NCBI GenBank assembly: GCA_040954595.2
Contig: CM082576.2
Coordinates: 1,183,303 to 1,247,302 of the forward strand
From: Balanoglossus misakiensis
Taxonomy: Eukaryota; Animalia; Hemichordata
DNA: 64,000 bases
Direction: 5' to 3'
Below the pieces are notes generated by a model. The model did no database searches. It had not been told where the DNA came from and saw nothing but the letters and a program-made list of their open reading frames with translations. A program made the translations under genes and the position numbers. Positions 46,901-61,900 of this stretch are shown here, in pieces. The number at the start of each line of letters is the position of its first letter. Position 1 is the first letter of the stretch.

Positions 46901-49900
46901 GAGCTATAACCCATGATTTTTATCAAATATCGAAGAAATTTCGAAATTTCCCAAAGTCGAAAAATCGTCATTTTCGGACGATTTTCGTGAGCTATAACCC
47001 ATGATTTTTATCAAAAATCGAAGAAATTTCGAAATTCCCCAAAGTCGAAAAATCGCCATTTTCGGATGATTTTCGTGAGCTATAACCCATGATTTTTATC
47101 AAAAATCGAAGAAATTTCGAAATTCCCCAAAGTCGAAAAATCGCCATTTTCGGATGATTTTCGTGAGCTATAACCCATGATTTTTATCAAAAATCGAAGA
47201 AATTTCGAAATTCCCCAAAGTCGAAAAATCGCCATTTTCGGATGATTTTCGTGAGCTATAACCCATGATTTTTATCAAAAATCGAAGAAATTTCGACATT
47301 CCCCAAAGTCGAAAAATCGCCATTTTCGGATGATTTTCGTGAGCTATAACCCATGATTTTTATCAAAAATCGAAGAAATTTCGACATTCCCCAAAGTCGA
47401 AAAATCGCCATTTTCGGATGATTTTCGTGAGCTATAACCCATGCTTTTTATCAAAAATCGAAGAAATTTCGAAATTCCCCAAAGTCGAAAAATCGCCATT
47501 TTCGGATGATTTTCGTGAGCTATAACCCATGATTTTTATCAAAAATCGAAGAAATTTCGAAATTCCTCAAAGTTGAAAAATCGTCATTTTCGGATGATTT
47601 TCGTGAGCTATAACCCATGATTTTTATCAAAAATCGAAGAAATTTCGAAATTCCCCAAAGTCGAAAAATCGCCATTTTCGGATGATTTTCGTGAGCTATA
47701 ACCCATGATTTTTATCAAAAATCGAAGAAATTCCGAAATTTCCCAAAGTCGAAAAATCGTCATTTTCGGATGATTTTCGTGAGCTATAACCCATGATTTT
47801 TATCAAAAATCGAAGAAATTTCGAAATTCCCCAAAGTCGAAAAATCGCCATTTTCGGATGATTTTCGTGAGCTATAACCCATGATTTTTATCAAAAATCG
47901 AAGAAATTTCGAAATTCCCCAAAGTCGAAAAATCGCCATTTTCGGATGATTTTCGTGAGCTATAACCCATGATTTTTATCAAAAATCGAAGAAATTTCGA
48001 AATTCCCCAAAGTCGAAAAATCGCCATTTTCGGATGATTTTCGTGAGCTATAACCCATGATTTTTATCAAAAATCGAAGAAATTTCGAAATTCCCCAAAG
48101 TCGAAAAATCGCCATTTTCGGATGATTTTCGTGAGCTATAACCCATGATTTTTATCAAAAATCGAAGAAATTTCGAAATTTCCCAAAGTCGAAAAATCGC
48201 CATTTTCGGATGATTTTCGTGAGCTATAACCCATGATTTTTATCAAAAATCGAAGAAATTTCGAAATTCCCCAAAGTCGAAAAATCGCCATTTTCGGATG
48301 ATTTTCGTGAGCTATAACCCATGATTTTTATCAAAAATCGAAGAAATTTCGAAATTCCCCAAAGTCGAAAAATCGCCATTTTCGGATGATTTTCGTGAGC
48401 TATAACCCATGATTTTTATCAAAAATCGAAGAAATTTCGAAATTCCCCAAAGTCGAAAAATCGCCATTTTCGGATGATTTTCGTGAGCTATAACCCATGA
48501 TTTTTATCAAAAATCGAAGAAATTTCGAAATTCCCCAAAGTCGAAAAATCGCCATTTTCGGATGATTTTCGTGAGCTATAACCCATGATTTTTATCAAAA
48601 ATCGAAGAAATTTCGAAATTCCCCAAAGTCGAAAAATCGCCATTTTCGGATGATTTTCGTGAGCTATAACCCATGATTTTTATCAAAAATCGAAGAAATT
48701 TCGAAATTCCCCAAAGTCGAAAAATCGCCATTTTCGGATGATTTTCGTGAGCTATAACCCATGATTTTTATCAAAAATCGAAGAAATTTCGAAATTCCCC
48801 AAAGTCGAAAAATCGCCATTTTCGGATGATTTTCGTGAGCTATAACCCATGATTTTTATCAAAAATCGAAGAAATTTCGAAATTCCCCAAAGTCGAAAAA
48901 TCGCCATTTTCGGATGATTTTCGTGAGCTATAACCCATGATTTTTATCAAAAATCGAAGAAATTTCGAAATTCCCCAAAGTCGAAAAATCGCCATTTTCG
49001 GATGATTTTCATGAGCTATAACCCATGATTTTTATCAAAAATCGAAGAAATTTCGAAATTCCCCAAAGTCGAAAAATCGCCATTTTCGGATGATTTTCAT
49101 GAGCTATAACCCATGATTTTTATCAAAAATCGAAGAAATTTCGAAATTCCCCAAAGTCGAAAAATCGTCATTTTCGGATGATTTTCATGAGCTATAACCC
49201 ATGATTTTTATCAAAAATCGAAGAAATTTCGAAATTCCCCAAAGTCGAAAAATCGCCATTTTCGGATGATTTTCATGAGCTATAACCCATGATTTTTATC
49301 AAAAATCGAAGAAATTTCGAAATTCCCCAAAGTCGAAAAATCGCCATTTTCGGATGATTTTCATGAGCTATAACCCATGATTTTTATCAAAAATCGAAGA
49401 AATTTCGAAATTCCCCAAAGTCGAAAAATCGCCATTTTCGGATGATTTTCGTGAGCTATAACCCATGATTTTTATCAAAAATCGAAGAAATTTCGAAATT
49501 CCCCAAAGTCGAAAAATCGCCATTTTCGGATGATTTTCGTGAGCTATAACCCATGATTTTTATCAAAAATCGAAGAAATTTCGAAATTCCCCAAAGTCGA
49601 AAAATCGCCATTTTCGGATGATTTTCGTGAGCTATAACCCATGATTTTTATCAAAAATCGAAGAAATTTCGAAATTCCCCAAAGTCGAAAAATCGCCATT
49701 TTCGGATGATTTTCGTGAGCTATAACCCATGATTTTTATCAAAAATCGAAGAAATTTCGAAATTCCCCAAAGTCGAAAAATCGCCATTTTCGGATGATTT
49801 TCGTGAGCTATAACCCATGATTTTTATCAAAAATCGAAGAAATTTCGAAATTCCCCAAAGTCGAAAAATCGCCATTTTCGGATGATTTTCGTGAGCTATA

Positions 49901-52900
49901 ACCCATGATTTTTATCAAAAATCGAAGAAATTTCGAAATTCCCCAAAGTCGAAAAATCGCCATTTTCGGATGATTTTCGTGAGCTATAACCCATGATTTT
50001 TATCAAAAATCGAAGAAATTTCGAAATTCCCCAAAGTCGAAAAATCGCCATTTTCGGATGATTTTCATGAGCTATAACCCATGATTTTTATCAAAAATCG
50101 AAGAAATTTCGAAATTCCCCAAAGTCGAAAAATCGCCATTTTCGGATGATTTTCATGAGCTATAACCCATGATTTTTATCAAAAATCGAAGAAATTTCGA
50201 AATTCCCCAAAGTCGAAAAATCGCCATTTTCGGATGATTTTCATGAGCTATAACCCATGATTTTTATCAAAAATCGAAGAAATTTCGAAATTCCCCAAAG
50301 TCGAAAAATCGTCATTTTCGGATGATTTTCTTGAGCTATAACCCATGATTTTGATCAAAAATCGAAGAAATTTCGAAATTTCCCAAAGTCGAAAAATCGC
50401 CATTTTCGGATGATTTTCATGAGCTATAACCCATGATTTTTATCAAAAATCGAAGAAATTTCGAAATTCCCCAAAGTCGAAAAATCGCCATTTTCGGATG
50501 ATTTTCATGAGCTATAACCCATGATTTTTATCAAAAATCGAAGAAATTTCGAAATTCCCCAAAGTCGAAAAATCGCCATTTTCGGATGATTTTCATGAGC
50601 TATAACCCATGATTTTTATCAAAAATCGAAGAAATTTCGAAATTCCCCAAAGTCGAAAAATCGCCATTTTCGGATGATTTTCATGAGCTATAACCCATGA
50701 TTTTTATCAAAAATCGAAGAAATTTCGAAATTCCCCAAAGTCGAAAAATCGCCATTTTCGGATGATTTTCATGAGCTATAACCCATGATTTTTATCAAAA
50801 ATCGAAGAAATTTCGAAATTCCCCAAAGTCGAAAAATCGCCATTTTCGGATGATTTTCATGAGCTATAACCCATGATTTTTATCAAAAATCGAAGAAATT
50901 TCGAAATTCCCCAAAGTCGAAAAATCGCCATTTTCGGATGATTTTCGTGAGCTATAACCCATGATTTTTATCAAAAATCGAAGAAATTTCGAAATTCCCC
51001 AAAGTTGAAAAATCGTCATTTTCGGATGATTTTCATGAGCTATAACCCATGATTTTTATCAAAAATCGAAGAAATTTCGAAATTCCCCAAAGTCGAAAAA
51101 TCGCCATTTTCGGATGATTTTCGTGAGCTATAACCCATGATTTTTATCAAAAATCGAAGAAATTTCGAAATTCCCCAAAGTCGAAAAATCGCCATTTTCG
51201 GATGATTTTCGTGAGCTATAACCCATGATTTTTATCAAAAATCGAAGAAATTTCGAAATTCCCCAAAGTCGAAAAATCGCCATTTTCGGATGATTTTCGT
51301 GAGCTATAACCCATGATTTTTATCAAAAATCGAAGAAATTTCGAAATTCCCCAAAGTTGAAAAATCGTCATTTTCGGATGATTTTCGTGAGCTATAACCC
51401 ATGATTTTTATCAAAAATCGAAGAAATTTCGAAATTCCCCAAAGTCGAAAAATCGCCATTTTCGGATGATTTTCGTGAGCTATAACCCATGATTTTTATC
51501 AAAAATCGAAGAAATTCCGAAATTCCCCAAAGTCGAAAAATCGTCATTTTCGGATGATTTTCGTGAGCTATAACCCATGATTTTTATCAAAAATCGAAGA
51601 AATTTCGAAATTCCCCAAAGTCGAAAAATCGCCATTTTCGGATGATTTTCGTGAGCTATAACCCATGATTTTTATCAAAAATCGAAGAAATTTCGAAATT
51701 CCCCAAAGTCGAAAAATCGCCATTTTCGGATGATTTTCGTGAGCTATAACCCATGATTTTTATCAAAAATCGAAGAAATTTCGAAATTCCCCAAAGTCGA
51801 AAAATCGCCATTTTCGGATGATTTTCGTGAGCTATAACCCATGATTTTTATCAAAAATCGAAGAAATTTCGAAATTCCCCAAAGTCGAAAAATCGCCATT
51901 TTCGGATGATTTTCGTGAGCTATAACCCATGATTTTTATCAAAAATCGAAGAAATTTCGAAATTCCCCAAAGTCGAAAAATCGCCATTTTCGGATGATTT
52001 TCGTGAGCTATAACCCATGATTTTTATCAAAAATCGAAGAAATTTCGAAATTCCCCAAAGTCGAAAAATCGCCATTTTCGGATGATTTTCGTGAGCTATA
52101 ACCCATGATTTTTATCAAAAATCGAAGAAATTTCGAAATTCCCCAAAGTCGAAAAATCGCCATTTTCGGATGATTTTCGTGAGCTATAACCCATGATTTT
52201 TATCAAAAATCGAAGAAATTTCGAAATTCCCCAAAGTCGAAAAATCGCCATTTTCGGATGATTTTCGTGAGCTATAACCCATGATTTTTATCAAAAATCG
52301 AAGAAATTTCGAAATTCCCCAAAGTCGAAAAATCGCCATTTTCGGATGATTTTCGTGAGCTATAACCCATGATTTTTATCAAAAATCGAAGAAATTTCGA
52401 AATTCCCCAAAGTCGAAAAATCGCCATTTTCGGATGATTTTCGTGAGCTATAACCCATGATTTTTATCAAAAATCGAAGAAATTTCGAAATTCCCCAAAG
52501 TCGAAAAATCGCCATTTTCGGATGATTTTCGTGAGCTATAACCCATGATTTTTATCAAAAATCGAAGAAATTTCGAAATTCCCCAAAGTCGAAAAATCGC
52601 CATTTTCGGATGATTTTCGTGAGCTATAACCCATGATTTTTATCAAAAATCGAAGAAATTTCGAAATTCCCCAAAGTCGAAAAATCGCCATTTTCGGATG
52701 ATTTTCGTGAGCTATAACCCATGATTTTTATCAAAAATCGAAGAAATTTCGAAATTCCCCAAAGTCGAAAAATCGCCATTTTCGGATGATTTTCGTGAGC
52801 TATAACCCATGATTTTTATCAAAAATCGAAGAAATTTCGAAATTCCCCAAAGTCGAAAAATCGCCATTTTCGGATGATTTTCGTGAGCTATAACCCATGA

Positions 52901-55900
52901 TTTTTATCAAAAATCGAAGAAATTTCGAAATTCCCCAAAGTCGAAAAATCGCCATTTTCGGATGATTTTCGTGAGCTATAACCCATGATTTTTATCAAAA
53001 ATCGAAGAAATTTCGAAATTCCCCAAAGTCGAAAAATCGCCATTTTCGGATGATTTTCGTGAGCTATAACCCATGATTTTTATCAAAAATCGAAGAAATT
53101 TCGAAATTCCCCAAAGTCGAAAAATCGCCATTTTCGGATGATTTTCGTGAGCTATAACCCATGATTTTTATCAAAAATCGAAGAAATTTCGAAATTCCCC
53201 AAAGTCGAAAAATCGCCATTTTCGGATGATTTTCGTGAGCTATAACCCATGATTTTTATCAAAAATCGAAGAAATTTCGAAATTCCCCGAAGTCGAAAAA
53301 TCGCCATTTTCGGATGATTTTCGTGAGCTATAACCCATGATTTTTATCAAAAATCGAAGAAATTTCGAAATTCCCCAAGTCGAAAAATCGCCATTTTCGG
53401 ATGATTTTCGTGAGCTATAACCCATGATTTTTATCAAAAATCGAAGAAATTCGAATTCCCCGAAGTCGAAAAATCGCCATTTTTCGGATGATTTTCGTGA
53501 GCTATAACCCATGATTTTTATCAAAAATCGAAGAAATTACTCTCACGGATGTTGTATCTTCGCCATTTTAGGATGGATCTTCGTGAGCTATAACCCATTG
53601 GATTTTTTAACAAAAATCGGAAGATAACTTAATTCCCCAAAGTCGAAAAATCGCCATTTTTGGATGATTTTCATGAGCTATAACCCATGATTTTTATCAA
53701 AAATCGAAGAAATTTCGAAATTCCCCAAAGTCGAAAAATCGCCATTTTCGGATGATTTTCATGAGCTATAACCCATGATTTTTATCAAAAATCGAAGAAA
53801 TTTCGAAATTCCCCAAAGTCGAAAAATCGTCATTTTCGGATGATTTTCTTGAGCTATAACCCATGATTTTGATCAAAAATCGAAGAAATTTCGAAATTCC
53901 CCAAAGTCGAAAAATCGCCATTTTCGGATGATTTTCATGAGCTATAACCCATGATTTTTATCAAAAATCGAAGAAATTTCGAAATTCCCCAAAGTCGAAA
54001 AAATCGCCATTTTCGGATGATTTTCATGAGCTATAACCCATGATTTTTATCAAAATCGAAGAAATTTCGAAATTCCCCAAAGTCGAAAAATCGCCATTTT
54101 CGGATGATTTTCATGAGCTATAACCCATGATTTTTATCAAAAATCGAAGAAATTCGAAATTCCCCAAAGTCGAAAAATCGCCATTTTCGGATGATTTTCA
54201 TGAGCTATAACCCATGATTTTTATCAAAAATCGAAGAAATTTCGAAATTCCCCGAAGTCGAAAAATCGCCATTTTCGGATGATTTTCATGAGCTATAACC
54301 CATGATTTTTATCAAAAATCGAAGAAATTTCGAAATTCCCCAAAGTCGAAAAATCGCCATTTTCGGATGATTTTCATGAGCTATAACCCATGATTTTTAT
54401 CAAAAATCGAAGAAATTTCGAAATTCCCCAAAGTCGAAAAATCGCCATTTTCGGATGATTTTCGTGAGCTATAACCCATGATTTTTATCAAAAATCGAAG
54501 AAATTTCGAAATTCCCCAAAGTCGAAAAATCGCCATTTTCGGATGATTTTCGTGAGCTATAACCCATGATTTTTATCAAAAATCGAAGAAATTTCGAAAT
54601 TCCCCAAAGTCGAAAAATCGCCATTTTCGGATGATTTTCGTGAGCTATAACCCATGATTTTTATCAAAAATCGAAGAAATTTCGAAATTCCCCAAAGTTG
54701 AAAAATCGTCATTTTCGGATGATTTTCGTGAGCTATAACCCATGATTTTTATCAAAAATCGAAGAAATTTCGAAATTCCCCAAAGTCGAAAAATCGCCAT
54801 TTTCGGATGATTTTCGTGAGCTATAACCCATGATTTTTATCAAAAATCGAAGAAATTTCCGAAATTTCCCAAAGTCGAAAATCGTCATTTTCGGATGATT
54901 TTCGTGAGCTATAACCCATGATTTTTATCAAAAATCGAAGAAATTTCGAAATTTCCCAAAGTCGAAAAATCGCCATTTTCGGATGATTTTCGTGAGCTAT
55001 AACCCATGATTTTTATCAAAATCGAAGAAATTTCGAAATTCCCCAAAGTCGAAAAATCGCCATTTTCGGATGATTTTCGTGAGCTATAACCCATGATTTT
55101 TTATCAAAAATCGAAGAAATTTCGAAATTCCCCAAAGTCGAAAAATCGCCATTTTCGGATGATTTTCGTGAGCTATAACCCATGATTTTTATCAAAAATC
55201 GAAGAAATTTCGAAATTCCCCAAAGTCGAAAAATCGCCATTTTCGGATGATTTTCGTGAGCTATAACCCATGATTTTTATCAAAAATCGAAGAAATTTCG
55301 AAATTCCCCAAAGTCGAAAAATCGCCATTTTCGGATGATTTTCGTGAGCTATAACCCATGATTTTTATCAAAAATCGAAGAAATTTCGAAATTCCCCAAA
55401 GTCGAAAAATCGCCATTTTCGGATGATTTTCGTGAGCTATAACCCATGATTTTTATCAAAAATCGAAGAAATTTCGAAATTCCCCAAAGTCGAAAAATCG
55501 CCATTTTCGGATGATTTTCGTGAGCTATAACCCATGATTTTTATCAAAAATCGAAGAAATTTCGAAATTCCCCAAAGTCGAAAAATCGCCATTTTCGGAT
55601 GATTTTCGTGAGCTATAACCCATGATTTTTATCAAAAATCGAAGAAATTTCGAAATTCCCCAAAGTCGAAAAATCGCCATTTTCGGATGATTTTCGTGAG
55701 CTATAACCCATGATTTTTATCAAAAATCGAAGAAATTTCGAAATTCCCCAAAGTCGAAAAATTGCCATTTTCGGATGATTTTCGTGAGCTATAACCCATG
55801 ATTTTTATCAAAAATCGAAGAAATTTCGAAATTCCCCAAAGTCGAAAAATCGCCATTTTCGGATGATTTTCGTGAGCTATAACCCATGATTTTTATCAAA

Positions 55901-58900
55901 AATCGAAGAAATTTCGAAATTCCCAAAGTCGAAAAATCGCCATTTTCGGATGATTTTCGTGAGCTATAACCCATGATTTTTATCAAAAATCGAAGAAATT
56001 TCGAAATTCCCCAAAGTCGAAAAATCGCCATTTTCGGATGATTTTCGTGAGCTATAACCCATGATTTTTATCAAAAATCGAAGAAATTTCGAAATTCCCC
56101 GAAGTCGAAAAATCGCCATTTTCGGATGATTTTCGTGAGCTATAACCCATGATTTTTATCAAAAATCGAAGAAATTTCGAAATTCCCCGAAGTCGAAAAA
56201 TCGCCATTTTCGGATGATTTTCGTGAGCTATAACCCATGATTTTTATCAAAAATCGAAGAAATTCGAAATTCCCCAAAGTCGAAAAATCGCCATTTTTGG
56301 ATGATTTTCATGAGCTATAACCCATGATTTTTATCAAAAATCGAAGAAATTTCGAAATTCCCCAAAGTCGAAAAATCGCCATTTTCGGATGATTTTCATG
56401 AGCTATAACCATGATTTTTATCAAAAATCGAAGAAATTTCGAAATTCCCCAAAGTCGAAAAATCGTCATTTTCGGATGATTTTCTTGAGCTATAACCCAT
56501 GATTTTGATCAAAAATCGAAGAAATTTCGAAATTCCCCAAAGTCGAAAAATCGCCATTTTCGGATGATTTTCATGAGCTATAACCCATGATTTTTATCAA
56601 AAATCGAAGAAATTTCGAAATTCCCCAAAGTCGAAAATCGCCATTTTCGGATGATTTTCATGAGCTATAACCCATGATTTTTATCAAAAATCGAAGAAAT
56701 TTCGAAATTCCCCAAAGTCGAAAAATCGCCATTTTCGGATGATTTTCATGAGCTATAACCCATGATTTTTATCAAAAATCGAAGAAATTTCGAAATTCCC
56801 CAAAGTCGAAAAATCGCCATTTTCGGATGATTTTCATGAGCTATAACCCATGATTTTTATCAAAAATCGAAGAAATTTCGAAATTCCCCCGAAGTCGAAA
56901 AATCGCCATTTTCGGATGATTTTCATGAGCTATAACCCATGATTTTTATCAAAAATCGAAGAAATTTCGAAATTCCCCAAAGTCGAAAAATCGCCATTTT
57001 CGGATGATTTTCATGAGCTATAACCCATGATTTTTATCAAAAATCGAAGAAATTTCGAAATTCCCCAAAGTCGAAAAATCGCCATTTTCGGATGATTTTC
57101 GTGAGCTATAACCCATGATTTTTATCAAAAATCGAAGAAATTTCGAAATTCCCCAAAGTCGAAAAATCGCCATTTTCGGATGATTTTCGTGAGCTATAAC
57201 CCATGATTTTTATCAAAAATCGAAGAAATTTCGAAATTCCCCAAAGTCGAAAAATCGCCATTTTCGGATGATTTTCGTGAGCTATAACCCATGATTTTTA
57301 TCAAAAATCGAAGAAATTTCGAAATTCCCCAAAGTTGAAAAATCGTCATTTTCGGATGATTTTCGTGAGCTATAACCCATGATTTTTATCAAAAATCGAA
57401 GAAATTTCGAAATTCCCCAAAGTCGAAAAATCGCCATTTTCGGATGATTTTCGTGAGCTATAACCCATGATTTTTATCAAAAATCGAAGAAATTCCGAAA
57501 TTTCCCAAAGTCGAAAAATCGTCATTTTCGGATGATTTTCGTGAGCTATAACCCATGATTTTTATCAAAAATCGAAGAAATTTCGAAATTTCCCAAAGTC
57601 GAAAATCGCCATTTTCGGATGATTTTCGTGAGCTATAACCCATGATTTTTATCAAAAATCGAAGAAATTTCGAAATTCCCCAAAGTCGAAAAATCGCCAT
57701 TTTCGGATGATTTTCGTGAGCTATAACCCATGATTTTTATCAAAAATCGAAGAAATTTCGAAATTCCCAAAGTCGAAAAATCGCCATTTTCGGATGATTT
57801 TCGTGAGCTATAACCCATGATTTTTATCAAAAATCGAAGAAATTTCGAAATTCCCCAAAGTCGAAAAATCGCCATTTTCGGATGATTTTCGTGAGCTATA
57901 ACCCATGATTTTTATCAAAAATCGAAGAAATTTCGAAATTCCCCAAAGTCGAAAAATCGCCATTTTCGGATGATTTTCGTGAGCTATAACCCATGATTTT
58001 TATCAAAAATCGAAGAAATTTCGAAATTCCCCAAAGTCGAAAAATCGCCATTTTCGGATGATTTTCGTGAGCTATAACCCATGATTTTTATCAAAAATCG
58101 AAGAAATTTCGAAATTCCCCAAAGTCGAAAAATCGCCATTTTCGGATGATTTTCGTGAGCTATAACCATGATTTTTATCAAAAATCGAAGAAATTTCGAA
58201 ATTCCCAAAGTCGAAAAATCGCCATTTTCGGATGATTTTCGTGAGCTATAACCCATGATTTTTATCAAAAATCGAAGAAATTTCGAAATTCCCCAAAGTC
58301 GAAAAATCGCCATTTTCGGATGATTTTCGTGAGCTATAACCCATGATTTTTATCAAAAATCGAAGAAATTTCGAAATTCCCCAAAGTCGAAAAATCGCCA
58401 TTTTCGGGATGATTTTCGTGAGCTATAACCCATGATTTTTATCAAAAATCGAAGAAATTTCGAAATTCCCAAAGTCGAAAAATCGCCATTTTCGGATGAT
58501 TTTCGTGAGCTATAACCCATGATTTTTATCAAAAATCGAAGAAATTTCGAAATTCCCCAAAGTCGAAAAATCGCCATTTTCGGATGATTTTCGTGAGCTA
58601 TAACCCATGATTTTTATCAAAAATCGAAGAAATTTCGAAATTCCCCAAAGTCGAAAAATCGCCATTTTCGGATGATTTTCGTGAGCTATAACCCATGATT
58701 TTTATCAAAATCGAAGAAATTTCGAAATTCCCCAAAGTCGAAAAATCGCCATTTTCGGATGATTTTCGTGAGCTATAACCCATGATTTTTATCAAAAATC
58801 GAAGAAATTTCGAAATTCCCCAAAGTCGAAAAATCGCCATTTTCGGATGATTTTCGTGAGCTATAACCCATGATTTTTATCAAAAATCGAAGAAATTTCG

Positions 58901-61900
58901 AAATTCCCCAAAGTCGAAAAATCGCCATTTTCGGATGATTTTCGTGAGCTATAACCCATGATTTTTATCAAAAATCGAAGAAATTTCGAAATTCCCCAAA
59001 GTCGAAAAATCGCCATTTTCGGATGATTTCGTGAGCTATAACCCATGATTTTTATCAAAAATCGAAGAAATTTCGAAATTCCCCAAAGTCGAAAAATCGC
59101 CATTTTCGGATGATTTTCGTGAGCTATAACCCATGATTTTGATCAAAAATCGAAGAAATTTCGAAATTCCCCAAAGTCGAAAAATCGCCATTTTCGGATG
59201 ATTTTCGTGAGCTATAACCCATGATTTTGATCAAAAATCGAAGAAATTTCGAAATTCCCCAAAGTCGAAAAATCGTCATTTTCGGATGATTTTCTTGAGC
59301 TATAACCCATGATTTTTATCAAAAATCGAAGAAATTTCGAAATTTCCCAAAGTCGAAAAATCGCCATTTTCGGATGATTTTCATGAGCTATAACCCATGA
59401 TTTTTATCAAAAATCGAAGAAATTTCGAAATTCCCCAAAGTCGAAAAATCGCCATTTTCGGATGATTTTCATGAGCTATAACCCATGATTTTTATCAAAA
59501 ATCGAAGAAATTTCGAAATTCCCAAAGTCGAAAAATCGCCATTTTCGGATGATTTTCATGAGCTATAACCCATGATTTTTATCAAAAATCGAAGAAATTT
59601 CGAAATTCCCAAAGTCGAAAAATCGTCATTTTCGGATGATTTTCTTGAGCTATAACCCATGATTTTTATCAAAAATCGAAGAAATTTCGAAATTTCCCAA
59701 AGTCGAAAAATCGCCATTTTCGGATGATTTTCATGAGCTATAACCCATGATTTTTATCAAAAATCGAAGAAATTTCGAAATTTCCCAAAGTCGAAAAATC
59801 GCCATTTTCGGATGATTTTCATGAGCTATAACCCATGATTTTTATCAAAAATCGAAGAAATTTCGAAATTCCCCCAAAGTCGAAAAATCGCCATTTTCGG
59901 ATGATTTTCATGAGCTATAACCCATGATTTTTATCAAAAATCGAAGAAATTTCGAAATTCCCCAAAGTCGAAAAATCGCCATTTTCGGATGATTTTCATG
60001 AGCTATAACCCATGATTTTTATCAAAAATCGAAGAAATTTCGAAATTCCCCAAAGTCGAAAAAATCGCCATTTTCGGATGATTTTCATGAGCTATAACCC
60101 ATGATTTTGATCAAAAATCGAAGAAAATTTCGAAATTTCCCAAAGTCGAAAAATCGTCGTTTTCGGATGATTTTCTTGAGCTATAACCCATGATTTTGAT
60201 CAAAAATCGAAGAAATTTCGAAATTTCCCAAAGTCGAAAAAATCGCCGTTTTCGGATGATTTTCATGAGCTATAACCCATGATTTTTATCAAAAATCGAA
60301 GAAATTTCGAAATTCCCCGAAGTCGAAAAATCGCCATTTTCGGATGATTTCGTGAGCTATAACCCATGATTTTTATCAAAAATCGAAGAAATTTCGAAAT
60401 TCCCCGAAGTCGAAAAATCGCCATTTTCGGATGATTTTCGTGAGCTATAACCCATGATTTTTATCAAAAATCGAAGAAATTTCGAAATTCCCCAAAGTCG
60501 AAAAATCGCCATTTTGGATGATTTTCATGAGCTATAACCCATGATTTTTATCAAAAATCGAAGAAATTTCGAAATTCCCCAAAGTCGAAAAATCGCCATT
60601 TTCGGATGATTTTCATGAGCTATAACCCATGATTTTTATCAAAAATCGAAGAAATTTCGAAATTCCCCAAAGTCGAAAAATCGTCATTTTCGGATGATTT
60701 TCTTGAGCTATAACCCATGATTTTGATCAAAAATCGAAGAAATTTCGAAATTCCCCAAAGTCGAAAAATCGCCATTTTCGGATGATTTTCATGAGCTATA
60801 ACCCATGATTTTTATCAAAAATCGAAGAAATTTCGAAATTCCCCAAAGTCGAAAAATCGCCATTTTCGGATGATTTTCATGAGCTATAACCCATGATTTT
60901 TATCAAAAATCGAAGAAATTTCGAAATTCCCCAAAGTCGAAAATCGCCATTTTCGGATGATTTTCATGAGCTATAACCCATGATTTTTATCAAAAATCGA
61001 AGAAATTTCGAAATTCCCCAAAGTCGAAAAATCGCCATTTTCGGATGATTTTCATGAGCTATAACCCATGATTTTTATCAAAAATCGAAGAAATTTCGAA
61101 ATTCCCCGAAGTCGAAAAATCGCCATTTTCGGATGATTTTCATGAGCTATAACCCATGATTTTTATCAAAAATCGAAGAAATTTCGAAATTCCCCAAAGT
61201 CGAAAAATCGCCATTTTCGGATGATTTTCATGAGCTATAACCCATGATTTTTATCAAAAATCGAAGAAATTTCGAAATTCCCCAAAGTCGAAAAATCGCC
61301 ATTTTCGGATGATTTTCGTGAGCTATAACCCATGATTTTTATCAAAAATCGAAGAAATTTCGAAATTCCCCAAAGTCGAAAAATCGCCATTTTCGGATGA
61401 TTTTCGTGAGCTATAACCCATGATTTTTATCAAAATCGAAGAAATTTCGAAATTCCCCAAAGTCGAAAAATCGCCATTTTCGGATGATTTTCGTGAGCTA
61501 TAACCCATGATTTTTATCAAAAATCGAAGAAATTTCGAAATTCCCCAAAGTCGAAAAATCGCCATTTTCGGATGATTTTCGTGAGCTATAACCCATGATT
61601 TTTATCAAAATCGAAGAAATTTCGAAATTCCCCAAAGTTGAAAAATCGTCATTTTCGGATGATTTTCGTGAGCTATAACCCATGATTTTTATCAAAAATC
61701 GAAGAAATTTCGAAATTCCCCAAAGTCGAAAAATCGCCATTTTCGGATGATTTTCGTGAGCTATAACCCATGATTTTTATCAAAAATCGAAGAAATTCCG
61801 AAATTTCCCAAAGTCGAAAAATCGTCATTTTCGGATGATTTTCGTGAGCTATAACCCATGATTTTTATCAAAAATCGAAGAAATTTCGAAATTTCCCAAA

